This document shows, piece by piece, positions 47,526 through 56,975 of a DNA stretch of 64,000 nucleotides. Each line of letters opens with the position of its first letter. Positions within the stretch are counted from its first letter, which is position 1. The notes beneath the pieces are model-generated. The model was given only the letters and a program-made list of their open reading frames with translations. It had not been told where the DNA came from and made no database searches. A program made the translations under genes and the position numbers. The DNA comes from a virus, in the IMG/VR virus record IMGVR_UViG_3300033145_000733, positions 2,525 through 66,524 of that record. One strand, 5' to 3'.

Positions 47526-47726
47526 ATATGACTTTTAGGTGTGCTATATGTGAAACTAGAGTTTATCATCCCAATCGTTATTTTTGTTTTAGTTGCTACA
47601 GCAAATTTGTAGATGCTATTCGTGCTAAAGAAGAATGGACAAAGTTTATTGTTAGTGAAGAGTCAAAGAGACGAAGAAGGGAAAAAAGAGATTCTGTGTT
47701 AGTTTACTTGGGTAACAAGTGGGATA

Positions 47727-48329
47727 TTGACACTGGGGGAAATCTTATTCGCAAGGAAGGCTTTCAGTATGGGCAGGAAAAGAAAAGGACAAGAAGTTCA
47801 AGAGAAAATTGAGAAGTATCTAGAGGAGTATGAACTTGATGAGTTGAACCAAGCTAATGATATGGCAGCTCTAACTCATATGTGCCAACTGGAAGTTAAT
47901 GTTGAGCAAATTCAAGAGGCTCTCAGCAAGATAAAAGATCCTCTTGAGGATTCTAAGAAAATTAGAGAGCTTCAGAGTGCGTTACGTGATGCTAATCAGA
48001 ATTGGGTGACACTTCAGCAAGAACTTGGTATTAGCAGGAAAAAGAGACAAAGTGATAGTGATGAGTCTCCATTACAATATGTTGAAAGACTTCAAGAACT
48101 TGGTAAGAAGTTTATAAGTAGCAGATTAAAGAAATTGGTGTGCTCTAAGTGTGGACAGGTTTTAGGTAAGTATATGTTTTATGTCACGGATAAGGGTGAG
48201 AAGGGGTCATTGGAAAGTGATATTAAACCAATTGAACCTTATAAATTTACAGTTCGTCACGAGTGTTGGAAGTGTGGTGAGATAACTGAGGTTTCAAACG
48301 AAGAATTTGAGCTGGCGGTGCAGGAATGA
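47727..48329 (+). CDS. hypothetical protein, possible terminase small subunit (likely start 47769)
   Basis: position before terminase large; helical with QQELGISRKKR; C-terminal Zn ribbon. Confidence 0.45.
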   Translation: MTLGEILFARKAFSMGRKRKGQEVQEKIEKYLEEYELDELNQANDMAALTHMCQLEVNVEQIQEALSKIKDPLEDSKKIRELQSALRDANQNWVTLQQELGISRKKRQSDSDESPLQYVERLQELGKKFISSRLKKLVCSKCGQVLGKYMFYVTDKGEKGSLESDIKPIEPYKFTVRHECWKCGEITEVSNEEFELAVQE

Positions 48330-49921
48330 AGGAAAAGGTAACACTTAGCGAAGGTGACCTTGCTGTATTGGAAATAGTTGAAGACCCAGTTATGTTCAGC
48401 GAGTTTATTAGGAGCGTTGAGGATGATGTTGATAATGGCGGTTATGGTTGGCATTATGATAACTATCAAAGAAAAATGTTAATTGATAGTTCAAATTATA
48501 TCAGTATAGCTACTGGTAGAACCACTGGTAAGACGGCTAGTATGGAGACAAAGATTATTCACGATGCGGTCTCAAATAAATATAAGAGAGCAAGTGCTAA
48601 TGAGATATTATTAGTGGTTCAGAATAAGTCACAGTTAGAACCCGTATTTTTGCGTCTTATTAACTTTTTTAGGAGGCATCCTCTGTTGACCTACTTTATT
48701 GATAGGTTAAGTGTCAACATGTCAAGTCACGAAATAAGATTGTTAAATGGTTGTTTAATAAGGTGTAGAATTGTTGGTTCTACAGCAGACAGCAATGTTA
48801 TCGGGTTACATGTCCCATGTATATATGTTGATGAGGGTCAGGTTTTTAATTATACAGCATGGAATAGTCTTATGCAGTGCCTAACGACATGGGACGATGG
48901 TTTTAATTTGTGGGTCAGTGGTGTACCAAATGGTTTACGTGAGAAAAATGTTCTTTATGAGTGTGACCAAGTAGACCAAAAATTTTCACGTCATAATATC
49001 TCAAGGATAAGTAGTATTAGATACACAAAGCAACAGCATGAAACAGACCTTAAACAGTATGGTGGTGAGAATGGTGATGATTATATTCATTTAGTTCTTG
49101 GAGAACACGGTTCACCAGCTTTTTCTGTGTTTGATAGAAAGTTAATGAGAATAGAGGATTATCCTGTTGCGGTGTTTGTGTTAAATAATATATCTTTAGA
49201 CCAGCACAATGGTCAGTTTAATGAGCTTCTAAGATTACCAGACCTTCCTTCTGATATTAAGAGTAAGCATGACCTAATAGTGGCTGGAATAGATGCTGGT
49301 TTCTCTAATGACCCAACTGTTATCACTATTTTATGGAGAGAAAAAGTAACTTTAGTGTGGAGAATATTTGCTCGCATAGAGTTAAGGAGAATAAAGTACC
49401 CTATACAGGCTAAGATAATTGATTGGTTAGATACTATTTATAGGTTTAATATGATAACCGTTGATGCTGGACATTCTGGTTTGGCGTTGTGTCAAATATT
49501 ACAGGATGATAGCGGGGAATTTAAAGCCAAGAATTTTGAAAAGAGATTGATTCCTGTTGACTTTCAAGCTAGTGTTGTTGTTGGCTATGATGAAGATGAT
49601 AAAGAGGTAAAGGATAGGGTTAGAAAGTTTACAATTCAAACATTACAAACGTGGAGTCAGAATGACCAAATAATTGCGTTTACTACCCAGGATGATGATA
49701 TGATTACTGAGCTAGAGAGGGTTGGTTTTACCAGAGACATGCTTGGTCAGCCAAAGTTCTTTGTCTATTCACCGCAAGGTGGTCAGAGGGGTGAAGACCA
49801 TTTACTAGCTTCTCTTTTGACGTGGGTATATGGGTATTATTACAGATACTATTCCCCAGAAAAACCAAATGCTAAAGGTAAATATAGTGATTTAGCTCGT
49901 GGTGGATGGAATGTTCGGTAG
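48326..49921 (+). CDS. terL: terminase large subunit
   Basis: GRTTGKT Walker A, IYVDEGQ Walker B, GIDAGFSNDPT RNase H-like nuclease, C-terminal DH. Confidence 0.85.
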   Translation: MKEKVTLSEGDLAVLEIVEDPVMFSEFIRSVEDDVDNGGYGWHYDNYQRKMLIDSSNYISIATGRTTGKTASMETKIIHDAVSNKYKRASANEILLVVQNKSQLEPVFLRLINFFRRHPLLTYFIDRLSVNMSSHEIRLLNGCLIRCRIVGSTADSNVIGLHVPCIYVDEGQVFNYTAWNSLMQCLTTWDDGFNLWVSGVPNGLREKNVLYECDQVDQKFSRHNISRISSIRYTKQQHETDLKQYGGENGDDYIHLVLGEHGSPAFSVFDRKLMRIEDYPVAVFVLNNISLDQHNGQFNELLRLPDLPSDIKSKHDLIVAGIDAGFSNDPTVITILWREKVTLVWRIFARIELRRIKYPIQAKIIDWLDTIYRFNMITVDAGHSGLALCQILQDDSGEFKAKNFEKRLIPVDFQASVVVGYDEDDKEVKDRVRKFTIQTLQTWSQNDQIIAFTTQDDDMITELERVGFTRDMLGQPKFFVYSPQGGQRGEDHLLASLLTWVYGYYYRYYSPEKPNAKGKYSDLARGGWNVR

Positions 49922-49933
49922 TGGAGATTTATA

Positions 49934-51793
49934 ATGAGAAAAAATGTTAGTACTGGAAAGTTAAAACCAGGTAAGCTGGTCAAGGCATCGGTTAATGTTC
50001 TAACAGACCCGTCACAGACTGGTTTGAGATTCACTGAAGAGGTGGATAGAATGGAGTTGCCGAAGGAGTATCACAAGTTGATAAAGACTTGTAGGTTCTT
50101 CTACAAACGTGACCCAATTGCTGGTACTGTTTTGAATAAGATGGTTGATTGTGCCATTACCCCACTATCAAATAGAAAATCAGAGTGTAGCGATGAAGAG
50201 TATGAGGTATATAATGCTTTGACCGAGATGCTCCAAGAGTTCTTTAGGAACGTGTGCCTAGAGTATCTGTTATCTGGTTTAGTTGTTCCACATTATGAGT
50301 GGGTCAGGGTCAAGGGTAGTGATCTTTCTCAGAAATTAAATTCTAGACGTAGAGTAAATGTTCCTGATAATATTTGGTTTAGAGACCCTGCAACGCTTAC
50401 CGTTAAGAATTCTGTCATACCAAATAAGAAATATTATTATGTTGATGTTGATGCGAGAACTATATCTTTTGTCAAGAATAAGGGTAAGTATCCTGATGGT
50501 ACAGTTGATAAGGAAATGTATGAGGAGATGGTAAAGAATTACCCCGCATTTGTGGCTGCTATTCAGAAAATGAAGGGTACTAAAATGCAGATTAAATTGG
50601 AAGACATTAGACCAATTCTTGCCAAGACTCTTCCAGAAGATAATTATCCAGTACCATATATGGAGAATGCTATTGAGTCATTGGTTCATAAGAGAAACTT
50701 GAGGAAAATGGATTATGCTATTGCTGCCAGAGTGGTATCAGCTATTCAAATGATTAAGTTGGGTAATGATGAATTTCCATGTACTGATGAGTCTGATTTT
50801 GACCATATAAAGAATCAAATGAATTATAGGACTTCTACAGGTTATCAAGAACGAGTGTATCAATTGTTTGCAAATCACACTCTTGAGATTGAGTGGGTAT
50901 ATCCTAACACAGAAGCTATGCTAAACACTGAGAAGTATCGTGCCGTTGAGGATGATATAATTGCTGCTTTTGGGTTTCCTAGAACATTGATTACTGGTGA
51001 AACTCTAAGGTCTAATGTTCAAGGTGGTTCTGATTTTGCGGCATTCTCTCCTATTGCTACTATGGAAACCATAAGAGATAGGTTACTTGAGTGGACTAAA
51101 GGGTTGTATAAGGAAATTAGGGACAAAAATGACCACATTAAAAATTATCCTTCACCACAATTTACACCAATGAGACTTTACAAGTTAACTGACCTTAATG
51201 ATATTGGTGAATCATTGTACAAAGAAGGTAATATCTCAAGAACATCAAGACAAGAGCAAGTTGGTCTTGATTTTGAGACTGAAATTGAGAGAAAGGTTCA
51301 AGAAGAGAAAGAAATGAAGGCTAAGGGAGTTCCTGATGCTCCACAATTACCGTTCTCTTCTCCTAAGATTGGCAACCCTAACCAAAATGTAAACAATCCT
51401 ACTGATAAGAAAGAGAAAGAGGCAGAACTTGACATCAGTGCGGCTTTAGCATCACTATCACCAGAGCAAATTGCAGAGCATTACAAACCATTGGAAGATT
51501 TTGCATATCTTATTCATCATGTTGAGGTTGATGAAAAAGGAAAAGAGATACTACATCATTGTTTACTTTATGACCATATAGCCAATATGTATGTTCAATC
51601 ACATCTTGTAATAAAGGATGGTATGGTATATATGAATGGTAAGAAGGCTGAAGAAGGTAGATACCATGTAATCTCTGGTTTAGAACCAGAGCAGGAGGTG
51701 GTATGGAGTGATGAAGAAGCTACTGACGCTGATATTAAACCAAAGCAAATGCACAGTGGTATGACTAAAAAGGAAAAGTCAAAGGAGTGGTAA
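49934..51793 (+). CDS. portal protein
   Basis: follows terL; CRFFY.RDPIAG.V.NKM N-terminal motif, AAFGFP..L..GE, ISR.S motif. Confidence 0.75.
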   Translation: MRKNVSTGKLKPGKLVKASVNVLTDPSQTGLRFTEEVDRMELPKEYHKLIKTCRFFYKRDPIAGTVLNKMVDCAITPLSNRKSECSDEEYEVYNALTEMLQEFFRNVCLEYLLSGLVVPHYEWVRVKGSDLSQKLNSRRRVNVPDNIWFRDPATLTVKNSVIPNKKYYYVDVDARTISFVKNKGKYPDGTVDKEMYEEMVKNYPAFVAAIQKMKGTKMQIKLEDIRPILAKTLPEDNYPVPYMENAIESLVHKRNLRKMDYAIAARVVSAIQMIKLGNDEFPCTDESDFDHIKNQMNYRTSTGYQERVYQLFANHTLEIEWVYPNTEAMLNTEKYRAVEDDIIAAFGFPRTLITGETLRSNVQGGSDFAAFSPIATMETIRDRLLEWTKGLYKEIRDKNDHIKNYPSPQFTPMRLYKLTDLNDIGESLYKEGNISRTSRQEQVGLDFETEIERKVQEEKEMKAKGVPDAPQLPFSSPKIGNPNQNVNNPTDKKEKEAELDISAALASLSPEQIAEHYKPLEDFAYLIHHVEVDEKGKEILHHCLLYDHIANMYVQSHLVIKDGMVYMNGKKAEEGRYHVISGLEPEQEVVWSDEEATDADIKPKQMHSGMTKKEKSKEW

Positions 51794-52498
51794 GTGATAA
51801 TTTATCCTGATAATTGGAGTACAATCGGTGCAATTGTTGGTGTATCTCAAGTAGAGGATACCATTGAGCAGGTAACCAAGGACGTACCGTGTTGCGCCTT
51901 GTCGCTTTCTGGTGGTGTTGATTCTGCTTTATTGCTTTATTATATGAGCAAGCATAACACACAAGTTAGAGCTTATACTATTGGTTATTCAGAAAATCAT
52001 CCTGATGTTATTTATGCCAGGAAGATATGTAAGCAATTTGATAATGTTAAGCATGTTGTACATATACCGAAATCAAAGGTGGAAACAGTGGGATGTGATT
52101 TGGATGGTGACGAAGCTGTGAGAGAATTTTACAAGTTCGTTGGTAGTTTTGAGGAGTCTATCGTAACTGGTGATGGTATTGATGAATTTATGTGTGGTTA
52201 TTATAAGCACCAACAGGACAAAACTGATGAAACGTACTATAAGTGCATTAGAGAGCTTTTTTCCATTCAACTAGAACCGTTAAACAGAAACTCTGGTGGT
52301 GTTTTAGTATATTTACCGTATTTGGATGATAGGTTATTGCGGTTATTAGTAATGATACCTACTAGTGAAAAGGTTGACATTGATAATAGGAAGAAGATAA
52401 TAATTAGTATTGCTAAGGATAAATTACCCAGTTCTATTGTGTATAGAAGGAAGTACGGTTTTTGTAATGCTCTTAATGATATACGGGAAAGTAAATAA
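51794..52498 (+). CDS. asparagine-synthase C-terminal-like PP-loop ATPase
   Basis: SLSGGVDS, TGDGIDEFMCGY, LPYLD, R.K.GF; no glutaminase domain. Confidence 0.8.
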   Translation: MIIYPDNWSTIGAIVGVSQVEDTIEQVTKDVPCCALSLSGGVDSALLLYYMSKHNTQVRAYTIGYSENHPDVIYARKICKQFDNVKHVVHIPKSKVETVGCDLDGDEAVREFYKFVGSFEESIVTGDGIDEFMCGYYKHQQDKTDETYYKCIRELFSIQLEPLNRNSGGVLVYLPYLDDRLLRLLVMIPTSEKVDIDNRKKIIISIAKDKLPSSIVYRRKYGFCNALNDIRESK

Positions 52499-53706
52499 TG
52501 GCTCTAAAAAGATATTCTGGTGCTGTGTATGATAAAGAAGAAGTGCTGAAGATGTTTTCAGCAATCCTAGATGGTTGGTGGACTGGTGGTAAGTACACTA
52601 AGGAGTTCCAAGACGAGTTTGCCAAACTTTTTAGTGTGAAGTATGCGCTAGCTTGTAACTCTGGTTCGTCTGCTAATTTACTAGCTGTTAGTGCTTTAGA
52701 GTTGGACAAAGGAAGTGAGGTTATAACACCACTTTGTACGTTTCCAACAACACTCAATCCAATAATACAGTGTGGTCTTATTCCAGTTTTTGTGGATGTT
52801 GATGATACTTTTAATATAAATACTAAACTTCTGGAGCAAGCAGTCTCCGAGAAGACACGACTTATAATGATTCCCCACACTATGGGCAATCCTTGTTATA
52901 TGGATGATATTATGAATATTTGTTCTAAGTATAACTTGAGGTTAATAGAGGATTGTTGTGATGCTATAGGAGCAAAGTATAATAATAAGTACGTGTCGTC
53001 ATTTGGTGATTTAGCAACCTTTAGTTTTTATCCTGCCCATCATATGACTACTGGTGAAGGTGGAATGGTAGTCACTAATGATGATGATTTAGCCAAGAAA
53101 GTTAGAAGTTATCGTGATTGGGGCAGAATGTGTAACTGTGATCCTTGTTTAGAGATGACTAAACAGGATTATATTTGTGCCGAGAGGAGAAATTTTGCCA
53201 TAGACGGTGTACCATATGATAAACGATATGCTTATGGTTGTATAGGCTACAACCTTAAAATGACGGAGATTCAAGCTGCTATGGGTATTGCTCAAATGCA
53301 CAAACTTAGTGAATTTATTAAGAAAAGAAACGAAAATTATAGTACGCTATTGGAGTGTCTTAGTCACACCAAGTGGTTACGTTTCCCTGTTACCAATGGA
53401 GAACCATCTTGGTTTGTGTTTCCTATATGGATTGCTGATGGAGCACCGTTCAGGAGAGATCAAGTAGTAGAGTATTTAGAGGAACATGAGATACAGACTA
53501 GACCAATATTTGCTGGTAATGTTTTGAAACAACCAGCGTATAAGGATATACAGTGTAGAGTGGTAGGAAATACTTGGTGGTCGGATAAGTTATTCCATGA
53601 CTCTTTCTTTGTTGGTGTTTATCCTGGGTTGAGCAAGAATGATGTACAGTATATTGGAGACGTGTTAAATGATATTGATAACGGGCGGGCTAGGTTTTCT
53701 AGGTAG
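52498..53706 (+). CDS. DegT/DnrJ-family PLP enzyme, RfbH/DdhC-like (3,6-dideoxysugar dehydratase)
   Basis: NSGSSANLLA, EDCCDA, SFYPAHHMTTGEGG (His in place of Lys), RDWGR.C.C. Confidence 0.85.
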   Translation: MALKRYSGAVYDKEEVLKMFSAILDGWWTGGKYTKEFQDEFAKLFSVKYALACNSGSSANLLAVSALELDKGSEVITPLCTFPTTLNPIIQCGLIPVFVDVDDTFNINTKLLEQAVSEKTRLIMIPHTMGNPCYMDDIMNICSKYNLRLIEDCCDAIGAKYNNKYVSSFGDLATFSFYPAHHMTTGEGGMVVTNDDDLAKKVRSYRDWGRMCNCDPCLEMTKQDYICAERRNFAIDGVPYDKRYAYGCIGYNLKMTEIQAAMGIAQMHKLSEFIKKRNENYSTLLECLSHTKWLRFPVTNGEPSWFVFPIWIADGAPFRRDQVVEYLEEHEIQTRPIFAGNVLKQPAYKDIQCRVVGNTWWSDKLFHDSFFVGVYPGLSKNDVQYIGDVLNDIDNGRARFSR

Positions 53707-54601
53707 TAATTTAGCTGAGAATTTGGTAAAGGATAATCACCAAGTTGTATTGGTGACAAGAAGTGACAAAAAATTGGGCAACATTAGCAATATTGTTAAT
53801 GATGTGATTGTTGAATACGGAGATGTTACTGATGATAAATGGTTGACCAAGGTAATATTAACATATAAACCGTCTATTATTTTTCACTTTGCGGGACAAC
53901 TTACTTCCTACGAATCTTTTGATTATCCGCTTTATGACGTTGATGTAAACTGTAAGTCTACTTTAACCATATTAGAAGCTATGAGGTGGTTACCCGACCC
54001 ATGTCGTCTAGTTTTAGGCAGTACTTTTTGGGTTATTGGTAAACCTGATACCCTTCCTATAAATGAAAATACTCCTTGCAATCCGCAGAATATTTATGCG
54101 GCTAATAGGTTGGCTAGTGAGAACTATTGTAAGATATACAATAGGGTTTATGGTTTAGATGCGGTAACTATTAGGTTAACCAACACGTTTGGTATTAGGG
54201 AACAGCATGACAGCAAAAAGAAAGCTGCTCTTAATTATTTGCTATATAGAGGGTTGAAGGGTGAGGTGGTTACCATATACAGTGATGGCAATTTTTTTAG
54301 AGATTATATTTATGTTTCTGATGTTGTAACAGCAGCAAGGAGTGTCATGGACAACGGGAAAGCTGGTGAATGCTATTTTGTTGGTACTGGAGTGAAGACG
54401 TGGTTTTATGACATTGGTGAGTGGATAAAAGAGTTAACAGGGTGCAAAATTGAGTATATTGAACCACCAGATTACCACAAAAGAATTGACGTGGGTAGTA
54501 TTGTAATTGATAATCAGAAACTTAAAAATCTTGGATGGGATTGGGAGGTAACAGTCAAAGATGGACTTAAACTTACTTTAGAGTCTTATGAGGTATTGTA
54601 G
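53669..54601 (+). CDS. NAD-dependent epimerase/dehydratase
   Basis: ITGGLGFLGS; YAANR in place of YxxxK; RDYIYV. Confidence 0.85.
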   Translation: MILITGGLGFLGSNLAENLVKDNHQVVLVTRSDKKLGNISNIVNDVIVEYGDVTDDKWLTKVILTYKPSIIFHFAGQLTSYESFDYPLYDVDVNCKSTLTILEAMRWLPDPCRLVLGSTFWVIGKPDTLPINENTPCNPQNIYAANRLASENYCKIYNRVYGLDAVTIRLTNTFGIREQHDSKKKAALNYLLYRGLKGEVVTIYSDGNFFRDYIYVSDVVTAARSVMDNGKAGECYFVGTGVKTWFYDIGEWIKELTGCKIEYIEPPDYHKRIDVGSIVIDNQKLKNLGWDWEVTVKDGLKLTLESYEVL

Positions 54602-55519
54602 ATGAAAATATGTGTTACTGGTGGTGCTGGTTTCATAGGTGCTAATTTTGTTAAGTTTTTGCGTGACAAGTATAGTGATTTAGACATTACTGTTATTGAT
54701 AAGCTGACCTATGCTTCTAATATAGAAAACTTGGATGGGCTTGATGTAAGACTTGTTGAGGAAGATATTTGTGACCTAAAACCGATACACTTTGATAGTT
54801 TTGATGTGGTTTACCATTTTGCTGCTGAATCACATGTTGATAGAAGTATCCTATATCCACAGCTCTTTTTAAGGAGTAATGTTCTAGGGACGGTTAATTT
54901 GTTGTCTTTGTGCAAAACAATTGGAGTTGGTAGGTTTGTTTATATCAGTACTGATGAAGTATACGGGTCTGTTGACCGTTCAAGTAGAGAAGCTGATATA
55001 CTTGACCCGTCATCTGCTTATTCCGCTAGTAAGGTGGCGGCTGAGTGTTTTTGTAATGCTTATCATAAAACTTTTGATATTCCAATAGTTGTCACAAGGA
55101 GTTCCAATAATTTTGGTCCTTATCAGCACCTAGAAAAGTTAATTCCTATTGTTATTACCAATGCTATAAGTGATAATAAGATACCGATACACGGTACGGG
55201 TGGGTATATTAGAGATTGGATTTATGTGATGGATAATTGCGAGGGTATAGAGTTCGTTGGTAGAAATGGCATTTTAGGTGAGGCGTATAATATTGGTGGT
55301 GGAAACCAGTTAACTAATTTAGAAATCACTGATAAAATATTAAATATATTGGGCAAACCAATGACACTGGTAGAGTTTGTAACCGATAGACCAGGACAAG
55401 ATAACGAATATAATTTAGACTGTTGGAAAGTTGCCAAGTTGGGGTGGAAACCTAAATACGATTTTGATCAGGCTTTAGAAATTACTGTTGGGTGGTATAA
55501 AAAACAATGGAAAAGGTAG
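54602..55519 (+). CDS. rfbB: dTDP-glucose 4,6-dehydratase
   Basis: TGGAGFIG, DKLTYA, AAESHVDRS, STDEVYG, YSASK, DRPG. Confidence 0.9.
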   Translation: MKICVTGGAGFIGANFVKFLRDKYSDLDITVIDKLTYASNIENLDGLDVRLVEEDICDLKPIHFDSFDVVYHFAAESHVDRSILYPQLFLRSNVLGTVNLLSLCKTIGVGRFVYISTDEVYGSVDRSSREADILDPSSAYSASKVAAECFCNAYHKTFDIPIVVTRSSNNFGPYQHLEKLIPIVITNAISDNKIPIHGTGGYIRDWIYVMDNCEGIEFVGRNGILGEAYNIGGGNQLTNLEITDKILNILGKPMTLVEFVTDRPGQDNEYNLDCWKVAKLGWKPKYDFDQALEITVGWYKKQWKR

Positions 55520-56322
55520 TTATAGCAATACCCACTTTTAACAATATCAAATATACAAAACTAGCTCTTGCCTCCATAAAATGTTCTTTTCAGCATGAGG
55601 TTCTAGTTATTGATAATGGGTCTATGGATGACACTGTTACTTGGTTAATTGATAACAATGTTAATCATATAGCCTACAAGGAAAATAGAGGATTCTCGTA
55701 TGCTTATAACGAGGCAATGGATTATGCTTTTAGTTCAGATGCTTTTTTATTATTCGCAGCTAATGATATTGTGTTTTATCCAAATAGTATAGATCACATG
55801 GTTCAAGCATTGCTTGAGTCAGGGTTTGAAATATTGTGTGGGCATGAAATTTTAAATAAGACAATCGTTGAGGCAGAGAATGCTAATCTTCTACTGGAAG
55901 AGTTTCCTTATCAATTATCTTTTGATAAGAAAGAGTATGATTCCCTGCAATATAGTGCTGGTGGGATGAATCACAGTTGCATTGTTAGACAAAAATCTTC
56001 GTTTGATACAGTTGGGTATTATGATGTTAATTTTTATCCTGCTTATTTTGAAGATAATGACTATGCTCGGAGATGTAATTTATTAAATGTAAAATATGGG
56101 ACAGTAGCTTCTGCTATGTTTGAGCATTTTTGGAGTAGGTCTATTTATGAGGGTGGTGTTCAAGCGTTAAACAATAGGAGATTTCCCAAGAATAAAGAGT
56201 ACTATGTTAAAAAGTGGGGTGGTGGTGTTGGTGAGGAACAGTATGAAATACCGTTTAATTCACAAGGTATAAAAATCTCATCCAGAGAACATGAATTAAA
56301 GGTTTTAATGGGTTTAATGTGA
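55507..56322 (+). CDS. GT2 glycosyltransferase
   Basis: IPTFN, VIDNGS.D, N.GF...N, AYFEDNDY. Confidence 0.85.
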   Translation: MEKVVIAIPTFNNIKYTKLALASIKCSFQHEVLVIDNGSMDDTVTWLIDNNVNHIAYKENRGFSYAYNEAMDYAFSSDAFLLFAANDIVFYPNSIDHMVQALLESGFEILCGHEILNKTIVEAENANLLLEEFPYQLSFDKKEYDSLQYSAGGMNHSCIVRQKSSFDTVGYYDVNFYPAYFEDNDYARRCNLLNVKYGTVASAMFEHFWSRSIYEGGVQALNNRRFPKNKEYYVKKWGGGVGEEQYEIPFNSQGIKISSREHELKVLMGLM

Positions 56323-56975
56323 GAGATGTAAGAGAGTTTAAGGACATTCATAAGGGTGAGCGATGCTTTGTAATAGGTACTGGTCCATCTTTGAATAGTA
56401 CTAATTTTGGGTTACTAAAAGATGAGATTACTTTTGGTGTAAATACTTTATATGTTGGACTTGACCGTTTTAAGATAAAACCTCGTTATTGGGGTATTTC
56501 TGATCCGCAAATAATGACTGGACATTACACGCAGGTTTCTAAATTGGATACAACTATATTCTTAGCACATAACGCCCACAAAATCTACGCTAGTAATCCG
56601 ACTCGGTATAAGTCACACCAAGAACCTGTTTTACTCCGTTCATATGGTAAGTTTTCCATTGACCTGACAAAAGGGGTTGCTTGTGGGATGACTGTTGTTT
56701 ATGATATTGGTTTACAGGTCGCTTATTATATGGGTTTTGATGTGGTTTATCTTTTGGGTGTTGATGCTGATTATAGTGGTCCAAAGTCACACTTTTATGA
56801 TAATCCCGATAAGCGGGGTAAGGGGATACCTAGTGCTCGTTCACTTCAGTCATATGGAGCAGCTAAGGTAGCTTTTGAAAAAGATGGAAGGGAAATAATA
56901 AACTGTACAGTTGGTGGTAAGTTAGAAGTATTTAAGCGAAGAAAATTGGAAGATGTAATAAATGAGAAACATTGA
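56319..56975 (+). CDS. DUF115/Maf-like (MptE-like) putative sugar transferase
   Basis: HKGERCFVIGTGPSL, LQVAYYMGF..VYLLGVD, IINCTVGGKLEVF. Confidence 0.8.
   Translation: MRDVREFKDIHKGERCFVIGTGPSLNSTNFGLLKDEITFGVNTLYVGLDRFKIKPRYWGISDPQIMTGHYTQVSKLDTTIFLAHNAHKIYASNPTRYKSHQEPVLLRSYGKFSIDLTKGVACGMTVVYDIGLQVAYYMGFDVVYLLGVDADYSGPKSHFYDNPDKRGKGIPSARSLQSYGAAKVAFEKDGREIINCTVGGKLEVFKRRKLEDVINEKH

Noticed and set aside
45456-49921. Inteins or introns in nrdJ or terL
   Set aside because: Lengths and motif spacing are normal and no splice-junction motifs were seen.
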